Source: Sphingomicrobium sp.
GTDB lineage: Bacteria > Pseudomonadota > Alphaproteobacteria > Sphingomonadales > Sphingomonadaceae
Direction of reading: 5' to 3'
NCBI GenBank assembly: GCA_035545385.1
Contig: DASZYL010000147.1
Location: forward strand, 1-48,388
Length of the DNA stretch: 48,388 bases
The position numbers and the translations under genes are program-made. Shown here piece by piece: positions 8,533-16,419 of this stretch (within the stretch, counting starts at the first letter, position 1; the number at the start of each line of letters is the position of its first letter). The notes under the pieces are model-generated. The model had not been told where the DNA came from, searched no databases, and saw nothing but the letters and a program-made list of their open reading frames with translations.

Positions 8533-10512
8533 GTGCAGGACGGACAATTCACATGGAATCTTTACGCCGCCGGAACGCACATTGTGCCGGTGGCAACACT
8601 GACATCGGACAGCGTTCGGCGCGACGAGGAGCCGGCAGGTCCTCACGGACCCACCGAGACCCTTCCCAGGCTGATGCTTGGAGCGATCGGAGTCGTCTAT
8701 GGCGATATCGGCACTTCGCCGCTCTATACGATGAAGGAGAGCTTCCTCGGGCCGCATCCGCTTGCGGTCGACCGCCTGCACATCTTCGGCGTGCTCAGCC
8801 TCATTTTCTGGACGCTGATGATGATCGTCACGTTCAAATATGTGAGCGTCGCGATGCGGGCGGACAACCGTGGCGAAGGGGGATCATTCGCGCTTCTCTC
8901 GCTCCTCGCCCGGAATCTCGACGGCAAGAGGAAGTGGACCTCCACTCTCGTCATTCTCGGAGTGCTCGCGACATGCCTTTTCTATGGCGACGCGATGATT
9001 ACGCCGGCGATCTCCGTTCTCTCGGCCGTCGAGGGCCTGACCATCGTGCAGGCCCAACTCCAGCCGCTCGTCCTTCCCTTGTCGATCTCGATTCTCGTCG
9101 GACTGTTCGTCGTCCAGTCGCGCGGGACCGCGAAGGTCGGGAACATGTTCGGGCCGGTGATGCTCGTCTATTTCGCGGTGCTCGCGCTCCTCGGAGTCAC
9201 GAACATCGTACGTCACCCGGAGATCGTTGCGATCATCAACCCCGCCTGGGCGGTCAGATTCTTCACCTATAATCCAAGGCTTGCCTTCCTGGCGCTCGGT
9301 TCAGTCGTCCTGTGCGTCACCGGAGCCGAGGCACTTTACGCGGACATGGGGCACTTCGGCCGCAAGGCGATCAACTTCTCCTGGATCGTGCTTGTCTATC
9401 CATGCTTGATCCTCAACTACATGGGGCAAGGCGCCCTTCTCCTCGGCAGCGCGCAGGCTGCCGTCAATCCCTTCTATCTCCTCGCCCCGGAATGGGCGCG
9501 GCTTCCCCTCGTCTTCCTTGCGACACTCGCCACGATCATCGCGAGCCAGGCAGTCATTTCCGGGGCCTTCTCGATTACCCACCAGGCGGTCCACCTCGGC
9601 TTCCTGCCGCGTCTCAGGACCGAGCACACGAGCGAGAAGGCGCTGGGTCAGATCTACATTCCAGTTGTGAACTGGAGCCTGCTGGCGATGGTCATCATCC
9701 TCGTGCTCGGATTCCGCGCCTCCTCCAACCTTGCGTCCGCCTACGGCATCGCGGTGACTGGAACGATGCTGATCACCTCGATCATGCTTGGCGTTCTGAT
9801 GCTCTACGTGTGGAAGTGGAATCGCGTCCTCGCGGGCGCGACCGTGGGGCTCTTCGTCCTTGTCGACGGCACCTATTTCGCGTCGAACATCACGAAGATT
9901 CCCGACGGAGGCTGGTTCCCCCTGCTGATCGCGGCGATCAGCTTCACCGTGCTTACCACCTGGGCGAAGGGGCGGTTGCTGATGGGCGAAAGACTCGCCA
10001 GCTCTGCGTTGCCGCTGCCGGTATTCATCAAGTCCGTCGCCCGGTCGGTTCATCGCGTGCGCGGAACGTCGGTCTTTCTCTCGGCGAGCGCCGACGGCGT
10101 TCCGGCAGCCCTTCTTCACAACCTGAAGCACAACCAGGTGCTCCATGAGCGCGTCATCATCCTCAACGTGAAGGTCGAGGAGATTCCCCACGTTGCCGAT
10201 CACAAGCGAGTGGAATTCCATGACTCCGGTCAGGGCTTCTACCGGATGATCCTGCATTATGGCTTCATGGACGAGGTCGATATCCCGCGCGACCTCGCCT
10301 TCATCAAGTGCTGCGGGCAGCCGTTCAACATGATGAGCACGAGTTTCTTTCTCGGGCGCCAGAAGCTAGTCGCTTCCAGCAGGCACAGGGGCATGGCGCT
10401 CTGGCGCGAGAAGCTGTTCGGGTGGATGCTGAAGAGCTCGGAGAGCGCGATGGAATTCTTCAAACTGCCGACCAACCGCGTCGTCGAGCTCGGGAGCCAA
10501 CTTCAGATCTGA
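8533..10512 (+). CDS. kup: potassium transporter Kup (true start may be GTG 8584 or 8590)
   Basis: GVVYGDIGTSPLY, ADNRGEGG, GAEALYADMGHFG, GQIYIP, ASAYGIAVT, RVVELGSQLQI. Confidence 0.96.
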   Translation: MQDGQFTWNLYAAGTHIVPVATLTSDSVRRDEEPAGPHGPTETLPRLMLGAIGVVYGDIGTSPLYTMKESFLGPHPLAVDRLHIFGVLSLIFWTLMMIVTFKYVSVAMRADNRGEGGSFALLSLLARNLDGKRKWTSTLVILGVLATCLFYGDAMITPAISVLSAVEGLTIVQAQLQPLVLPLSISILVGLFVVQSRGTAKVGNMFGPVMLVYFAVLALLGVTNIVRHPEIVAIINPAWAVRFFTYNPRLAFLALGSVVLCVTGAEALYADMGHFGRKAINFSWIVLVYPCLILNYMGQGALLLGSAQAAVNPFYLLAPEWARLPLVFLATLATIIASQAVISGAFSITHQAVHLGFLPRLRTEHTSEKALGQIYIPVVNWSLLAMVIILVLGFRASSNLASAYGIAVTGTMLITSIMLGVLMLYVWKWNRVLAGATVGLFVLVDGTYFASNITKIPDGGWFPLLIAAISFTVLTTWAKGRLLMGERLASSALPLPVFIKSVARSVHRVRGTSVFLSASADGVPAALLHNLKHNQVLHERVIILNVKVEEIPHVADHKRVEFHDSGQGFYRMILHYGFMDEVDIPRDLAFIKCCGQPFNMMSTSFFLGRQKLVASSRHRGMALWREKLFGWMLKSSESAMEFFKLPTNRVVELGSQLQI

Positions 10513-10529
10513 ACCTAGGCACGCCCCTT

Positions 10530-10612
10530 AATAAGGGGGCGCGGCCGGACGAACCGACCGCGCCCGCGGCTGCTGCTGGGGAGGGGAGGGAGCGAGACAG
10601 CAGCCGCAGTTC
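10530..10612 (-). ncRNA. candidate sRNA or structured 3'UTR with anti-Shine-Dalgarno loop and terminator-like hairpin
   Basis: Minus strand: 10-bp stem GCGGCUGCUG/CAGCAGCCGC enclosing UCUCGCUCCCUCCCCUCCCCAG, then a 12-bp stem GGGCGCGGUCGG-UUCGU-CCGGCCGCGCCC followed by CCUUAUU. The one stem mismatch is a G-U pair only on the minus strand. Confidence 0.5.
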
Positions 10613-10834
10613 CTAAAGCGCGTAAGGCCGTTCCTCCTTCGTCGGCTGAAGGCCGAAGATGGTGTCGAGGAGACGGTTAGTCGCTGCCAGGGTCAAACCC
10701 TTCGGAGCGTCGATGGGAGCGGTCAAGCGAGCGTGAACGAGCTTCGCCCCGCACGACGGCTCGGCCCTTGGCGAGAAGAATGTGCTCGCAATCAGCGTCG
10801 AGCGCGAAAACAGCTGGGATAGGAGAATGGTCAT
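10613..10834 (-). CDS. hypothetical 73-aa protein, last ORF of efflux operon
   Basis: Strong SD AGGAGG overlapping the emrB stop, 8 nt before ATG; fills the gap up to the RNA hairpins. Confidence 0.6.
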   Translation of the reverse strand: MTILLSQLFSRSTLIASTFFSPRAEPSCGAKLVHARLTAPIDAPKGLTLAATNRLLDTIFGLQPTKEERPYAL

Positions 10835-10846
10835 CTTAGAAACCTC

Positions 10847-12379
10847 CTAGTGCGCAGCGCCCATGTCGACGGCATGCTTTGGCTTGGGGGCAAGCCAGAT
10901 GATTGTCGCCGCGCCGACAAAAATCACTGCGCACATTGCAAACATCTGAACGGTTGAAACTGCGACGGCCTGGCCATCGACCAGCTGGCTCACGAATTGA
11001 CGCGACTGCTCGGCGCTGAAGCCCCTCGACTGGAGCGTCTGCATCGTCGCACTGGTGCCGTGGAGGACGTCGGTGAGCTCGCTCCTCGCGCGCTGCGTAT
11101 TGTTGTCCCACATCGTCACTCCGATCGCGGTCGCGACCGCGCCCGAAAGCGTTCTAAGGAAGTTCATCACTCCTGCTGCAGATGCGACCTCCTTCTCCTC
11201 GACCGCGCCAAGGGCCAGCGTGGTCAGCGGAACGAAGAAGAACGGCATTCCAGCGCCCTGGATCAGCTGGGGTAGCGCGAGCGTCCAGAAATCGGCCCCG
11301 CTCGTCCACCAGAAGACGCGAAGGAGCGACGTGACGGCGAGCCAGAGGATCCCTCCCGAGACGAGGATCCTCGGATCCATTTTCTGGGAGAGGATCGCTG
11401 CAACGGGCGCAAGGAATACCGCCGCGACCCCGTTCCAGGCGGTCACGTAGCCGGCCCAGGTCGCGGTATAGCCAAGCGCCCCCTGGAGCCACAGCGGAAT
11501 GACGACGATGCTTGCGAAGAAGGTGCCGAACGCGAAGACGAGCGCGGTGACGCTGAAGGTATAGCCCGGATGACGGAAGACCTTGAGGTCGACGATCGGC
11601 TCGCGCTCGAACCATTCCCAGGCAATGAAGAATGCAAAGCCGACGGCGGCTGTGATCGCGAGAGCGACGATGAAGGAACTCCCGAACCAGTCGCGCTCGC
11701 GTCCAAGATCGAGCATCATCTCAAGAGCGCTCACCGAGAGGACGAGGAGTGCAAGGCCCACGAGGTCGACCTTCAGTCGCTCGGTTTTCGATTCTCTGTG
11801 GCGAAGGAGCGCAATCGCCGCGATCGAGCAGGCGATTGCGATCGGAACGTTGATGAAGAAGATCCAGTGCCAGCTCCAGTTGTCGCTGATGGTTCCGCCG
11901 AGGATCGGCCCGAAGATGGGCGCGGTGATGGTGGTCATCGACCAGATGCCCATGGCCATCGCATGCCGCTCCTTGGGGAAGATCCTCAGCAGCAAGGTCT
12001 GGCTGATCGGCATGATCGGGCCGCCCGCGAGCCCCTGCCCGACTCGGAACGCGACCAGCGCCCCGAGCGACGTCGCGGTCCCGCAAAGGAAGGAGAAGAT
12101 GCCGAAGCCGATCATGCTCGCGACGAACACCCGAACCTCGCCGAACCGCTTCGCGAGCCAGCCCGTCAGCGGCACGCAGATCGCTTCGGCGACGGCGTAG
12201 GAGGTGATCACCCACGTTCCTTCGCTGGCCGAGATGCCGAGGCCGCCTGCGATGTGCGCGACCGAGACATTGGCGATGGTGGTATCGAGCACCACCATGA
12301 AATTGCTGACCGCAAGGACGAGCCCCGCGAGGAGGATCCCGCCCATCGCCGGTGAAGGCGGGGACTCGGCGCGTTCCAT
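10847..12379 (-). CDS. emrB: DHA2-family MFS multidrug efflux permease (EmrB-like)
   Basis: FMVVLDTTIANVS, GTWVITSY, GPILGG.ISDNWSWHWIFFINVP; ATG overlaps the emrA stop (TGATG). Confidence 0.93.
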   Translation of the reverse strand: MERAESPPSPAMGGILLAGLVLAVSNFMVVLDTTIANVSVAHIAGGLGISASEGTWVITSYAVAEAICVPLTGWLAKRFGEVRVFVASMIGFGIFSFLCGTATSLGALVAFRVGQGLAGGPIMPISQTLLLRIFPKERHAMAMGIWSMTTITAPIFGPILGGTISDNWSWHWIFFINVPIAIACSIAAIALLRHRESKTERLKVDLVGLALLVLSVSALEMMLDLGRERDWFGSSFIVALAITAAVGFAFFIAWEWFEREPIVDLKVFRHPGYTFSVTALVFAFGTFFASIVVIPLWLQGALGYTATWAGYVTAWNGVAAVFLAPVAAILSQKMDPRILVSGGILWLAVTSLLRVFWWTSGADFWTLALPQLIQGAGMPFFFVPLTTLALGAVEEKEVASAAGVMNFLRTLSGAVATAIGVTMWDNNTQRARSELTDVLHGTSATMQTLQSRGFSAEQSRQFVSQLVDGQAVAVSTVQMFAMCAVIFVGAATIIWLAPKPKHAVDMGAAH

Positions 12380-13554
12380 CAGCGGCCTTTCCCGCTCACG
12401 TCGATGGTCGCCTCCATCGAAAGTCCGACTCGAAGCGGATGGCGGGCGAGATCGCGCGAATCGAGAGCGATCCGGACCGGAAGGCGCTGGACCACCTTGA
12501 TCCAATTGCCTGTCGCATTCTGCGCGGGGATCAGGGCGAAGGCCGACCCTGTGCCACCGGCGAAGCCGACCACGCGCCCGTGGAACTTGACGCTGCTCCC
12601 GTAAAGGTCGCTGACGAGCTCGACCGGCTGACCTGGCCGAACCCGCTCGAGCTGGCCTTCCTTGAAGTTCGCGTCGACGTAGACGCTGTTCACGGGAACG
12701 ATGATCATGACCGGATTTCCGGCGGCGACCCGCTGGCCGACCTGGACCTGGCGGTTGGTGACGACGCCGTCGATCGGGGCGCGGATCACCGTTCGCTCAA
12801 GATCGAGGCGCGCCTGGTCGAGCGCGGCCTTCGCAGCGGCGACATCGGGATTGCTGTCGATCGAGCTTCCATCGATCAGCGCCTGGTTGGCGGCATAGCT
12901 CTGCTGGGCTGCGCCCCGGTTCGCCTGTGCCTGGGCGATCGCAGCGGCGGCAACGCGGACGTTCGACTGAGCAGCGACATAGGCGTTCTCATAGGTCGTC
13001 AGCTCTTCGCGCGAGACGAAGCCCTTGTCGGCGAGTCGGGCACGGCGATCGAGGTCCGCCTTGGCTTTTTCCACCGCCGACTGAGCGGCGACGAGCCGCG
13101 CGCGCGCCTGGCCAATATCAGCCTCGCGCGCATTCACCTCGGCGGCGAGCGATCCGCTCGTTGCGGTGGATTTCGAAAACTCCCTTCGTGCCTTGAGATA
13201 GGCCGCCTCGGCCTTCTCGACCGCCAGTCGGGCGTCCTTGTCGTCGAGGCGAAGAACGACATCGCCGCGGTGAACGAACTGGGTGTTGACGACCGGGACG
13301 GCGGCGACGGCGGCTGAAACGAGCGGCGTCACCTGGGCGCTGTCGGCGCCGACATAGGCATTGTCGGTCGAGACCTCGCCAGTGTCATGGAACATGTACC
13401 AGCCGCCCCCCGCGAGGAGGAAGCCGGCAGCGAGGCCCAGCATCACCTTTCGCCGTGGATTGGTGGCCTTGGCGACGGCTTCGCGTTCGGCCGTTGTCGC
13501 CGGGACTTCCTCGCGCTCGCCGGTGAGCGTCTCGATGGGGTCACGTTCGGCCAT
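12379..13554 (-). CDS. emrA: EmrA/HlyD-family membrane fusion protein
   Basis: STDNAYV, ANFKEGQL, GTGSAFALIPAQNATGNWIKVVQRLPVRI. Confidence 0.95.
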   Translation of the reverse strand: MAERDPIETLTGEREEVPATTAEREAVAKATNPRRKVMLGLAAGFLLAGGGWYMFHDTGEVSTDNAYVGADSAQVTPLVSAAVAAVPVVNTQFVHRGDVVLRLDDKDARLAVEKAEAAYLKARREFSKSTATSGSLAAEVNAREADIGQARARLVAAQSAVEKAKADLDRRARLADKGFVSREELTTYENAYVAAQSNVRVAAAAIAQAQANRGAAQQSYAANQALIDGSSIDSNPDVAAAKAALDQARLDLERTVIRAPIDGVVTNRQVQVGQRVAAGNPVMIIVPVNSVYVDANFKEGQLERVRPGQPVELVSDLYGSSVKFHGRVVGFAGGTGSAFALIPAQNATGNWIKVVQRLPVRIALDSRDLARHPLRVGLSMEATIDVSGKGR

Positions 13555-15002
13555 TACGATTGCTCCTGGGAAACCGGGGTGGAAAATCCGCCGCCAAGCG
13601 CACGGACGAGTTGGACATCGAGGGTGAAGGCACGGGTCTCGAGCTGCGCCACGGATAGCCTCGCTCGAACGACGCTCTCCTCGGCGGTCAGCACCGATAG
13701 GTAGTCGGTCAGGCCCTCGGCATAGCGGCCCCGGGCGACCTCAAGAGCCGCTTCATAATCGGCCAGGGCAGCGCGCGACTGACGAAGCTGCTCGGCGAGC
13801 TTTTCCTGGCTGGTCAGCGTGTCCGCGGTCTCGCGGAGCGCCTGGACTAGCTCGCCGTCATATTGGGCCACGGCCTCGTCGTACTGGCCGCGGCGGCCGC
13901 GGTACTGGCCCTGGAGCGCTCCGCCGTGGAAGAGCGGCAAGGAAACCGCCGGGCTGATGCTCGCGAACCTCGACCCGCTTTCGAACAGGGTCCCAAGTCC
14001 GAGCGACTGGAGGCCCACCAGCGCTCCGAGATTGATGTCCGGATAGAAAGCCGCGCGCGCTTCCTTGATCCGTTCGGCCGTGGCTTCGACCCTCGCGCGT
14101 GCCGCTGCGATGTCGGGCCTGCGGCCTATGAGGCCGATCGAAGCGTCTGCCGGGATCCCTCGCGCTTTGAGAGCGGAAATATCGGGCCTCGAAATGGTGA
14201 GCGCTCGATCCGGGCCTTCGCCGAGAAGCGCGGCAATCGCATGCTTGTCGAGCATGATCGCCTCGTCGGTCGCCGCGAGATCCGACCTGGTCTCGGGAAT
14301 CCGCGCCTCGGCCTGGCGAACCGAATCGATGGTCTCGAGGCCCTCGTCGTAGCGGGCGCTCACGAACTTGAGGGTCTCGGTCCGGATCTCGAGCGCGGCT
14401 TCGAGATTGTCGCGCCGCGCGGTGAGCGCTGCGAGATCGGCGTAAGCCGATGCGATGCCTGTTGTGAGGAGGAGGCGCGCTTCCTCGGCGTCGAAACGGG
14501 CAGCCTCTGCGTCCCTGTTCGCGGCACGAAGCGCCGCCCGGTTCTTTCCGAAGAGGTCGAGGTCGAGATTGAGGGAAAGCCCCGCCGTCCCGGTTGCGTG
14601 CCAGCCCGGTGAGACCTTCGAGTTCGCGCCCGCCGAGTTCTGGCTCGGATTTTGATAATCGAGGGAGGCCACCCCATCGATCGAAGGGAGAAGCGCGGCT
14701 CCGGCCTGCTGCGCCAGCCCCTCAGCAGTCGTCAATCGAGCCTCGGCGGCGGCGAGGCTGGGGGAGCCGGACAGGCCTTCACCGATCAGGCGATCGAGCT
14801 GGCGATCGCCATAGGCCTCCCACCAGCCCTGCGACGGCCAGTCGGACTGGCCGCCGCCAAGCGATTGCCGCGAGGCATAGTCGGTGGCGGCGCTCGGCCT
14901 CGGAGCTGCTCCAAGGTCCGGCACCGACGCGCAGGCCGACGCGAGGAAGAAAGGCAACAGGAGGCTCGCGCGGCCGAGCCGCGTCGCCCGTGGGCGCTGC
15001 AT
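13554..15002 (-). CDS. NodT/TolC-family outer-membrane efflux lipoprotein
   Basis: Lipobox LASAC, WWEAYGDRQLDRLI, RRPDIAAA, AAFYPDINL, LVRALGGGF. Confidence 0.93.
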   Translation of the reverse strand: MQRPRATRLGRASLLLPFFLASACASVPDLGAAPRPSAATDYASRQSLGGGQSDWPSQGWWEAYGDRQLDRLIGEGLSGSPSLAAAEARLTTAEGLAQQAGAALLPSIDGVASLDYQNPSQNSAGANSKVSPGWHATGTAGLSLNLDLDLFGKNRAALRAANRDAEAARFDAEEARLLLTTGIASAYADLAALTARRDNLEAALEIRTETLKFVSARYDEGLETIDSVRQAEARIPETRSDLAATDEAIMLDKHAIAALLGEGPDRALTISRPDISALKARGIPADASIGLIGRRPDIAAARARVEATAERIKEARAAFYPDINLGALVGLQSLGLGTLFESGSRFASISPAVSLPLFHGGALQGQYRGRRGQYDEAVAQYDGELVQALRETADTLTSQEKLAEQLRQSRAALADYEAALEVARGRYAEGLTDYLSVLTAEESVVRARLSVAQLETRAFTLDVQLVRALGGGFSTPVSQEQS

Positions 15003-15053
15003 CTTATCAATGATCCCTTTTTCCTGAGCGCTTGTTGCGCTCGCGTAATTGGC

Positions 15054-15124
15054 TTACTGTACAGTACGGTTTAGTTATCGACTCGACTCTTGTCAACGCA
15101 TAACTGAACTGGCATGTACAGTTA
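15054..15124. promoter_or_regulatory. two 24-bp TetR-type operators flanking a minus-strand TTGACA -35
   Basis: ttactgtacagtacggtttagtta (15054-15077) and taactgaactggcatgtacagtta (15101-15124) share TWACTGWAC-N6-GTWYAGTTA; tgtcaa at 15091-15096. Confidence 0.7.
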
Positions 15125-15148
15125 TAAATTTCAGGGAGTTAGCTGCAA

Positions 15149-15790
15149 TTGGCCCGGGTCCGAACCGAGGAAAAAAGAGCCGAAATCGTCCGAATCGCCT
15201 CCGAGGCGTTCGACGAGCTTGGCTACGACCGCTGTTCCATGGCGACCATCTCCGAGCGCCTCGGCGGATCCAAGGCGACCCTTTATGGCTATTTCTGCTC
15301 TAAGGAGGAGCTTCTCCGGGCCGTCCTCGACTGCCAGGTCAAGAGCGACTTCGACCGGATTCTCCACGAGTTCCACGAGGACAAGAGCCTTCGGGACGGG
15401 CTGATCAAGCTCGGCATCGCCTATCACAAGAAGCGCCTCTCCTCGCTCCCGGTGGCGAATATCCGCTGCATCGTGAACCAGCCGCCTGGTTCGACCATGG
15501 GCACGGAATTCTACGAGAAGGTGCTGCGGCCCGCCTTCGCCGACGTCGCGAACCAGTTCGAGGAACTCATGGACGAGGGGCGGCTGAAGCGCGCCGATCC
15601 CTGGGTCGCACTCATGCACTGGAAAGGCCTCAACGACTGGGACCTGTTCGAACGCCGGCTGATCGGAGCGATCGCGGGTCCCGAGGACGTGGATGTCGAA
15701 AAGGTCGCGACGCTGGCTGCCGACGCCTTCCTCAAACTCTATGGGGTCGACGAGGAAAAGCGGGCCGGAAAGACCCGCAAGCCCAATTAA
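15149..15790 (+). CDS. TetR/AcrR-family transcriptional regulator
   Basis: N-terminal HTH (SMATISERLGGSKATLYGYFCSKEEL); TTG start with SD agggag; divergent from the efflux operon. Confidence 0.93.
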   Translation: MARVRTEEKRAEIVRIASEAFDELGYDRCSMATISERLGGSKATLYGYFCSKEELLRAVLDCQVKSDFDRILHEFHEDKSLRDGLIKLGIAYHKKRLSSLPVANIRCIVNQPPGSTMGTEFYEKVLRPAFADVANQFEELMDEGRLKRADPWVALMHWKGLNDWDLFERRLIGAIAGPEDVDVEKVATLAADAFLKLYGVDEEKRAGKTRKPN

Positions 15791-15801
15791 GCTCCCTCCG
15801 A

Positions 15802-16419
15802 TTAGCCTCCGAGCAGCTGCGCAGCGCGCATTGCAAGCTCGGTTCGATTATCGACCCCGAGCTTGTCGAAGATCGCGTGCAGGTAGACCTTGACGGTCCC
15901 TTCCGTCACTCCGAGCTGCGAGGCGATGTCGCGGTTGCGAAGGCCCTGGCGGACGAGCTCGACCAGCTCGCGCTCGCGCGGCGTCAGCGAGGGAGCCCTC
16001 GAGGCCCGTTCCTTGGCGATATGGGTGCGCTCCTCGATTTCGGGATCGACCCATGATTCGCCCTTTCCGACCTTCTCGATACATTCGAGCAGCAGGGCTG
16101 GGTCCGACGTCTTGAGGACGATCCCCTCGGGTGCCAGCCGGTCCGCGGTGAGAAGCTGGGAATCGTCCATCCCAGCGGTCAGCAGGACCACCGTTGGAGC
16201 ACGCTTCGATTCCCTCAACTGACGCAAGACGTCGAGGCCCGAGCCGTCCGGCATGTTGACGTCGAGGAGAAGCAGGTCCGGCTTCAGGCGCTGGACCTGG
16301 AGAAGCGCGTCGGAACCGCTGCGGGCGCGGCCGATCAGCTCATATTCCGTCCCACGGAGCAGCACCTCGAGCGCTGCACCGATCATGGGATGATCGTCGG
16401 CGAGTAGAATTCGGGTCAT
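15802..16419 (-). CDS. NarL/LuxR-family response regulator
   Basis: MTRILLADDH..DVNMP, LTPRERELVELVRQGLRNRDIA..TEGTVKVYL; ATGA overlap with the kinase stop. Confidence 0.93.
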   Translation of the reverse strand: MTRILLADDHPMIGAALEVLLRGTEYELIGRARSGSDALLQVQRLKPDLLLLDVNMPDGSGLDVLRQLRESKRAPTVVLLTAGMDDSQLLTADRLAPEGIVLKTSDPALLLECIEKVGKGESWVDPEIEERTHIAKERASRAPSLTPRERELVELVRQGLRNRDIASQLGVTEGTVKVYLHAIFDKLGVDNRTELAMRAAQLLGG

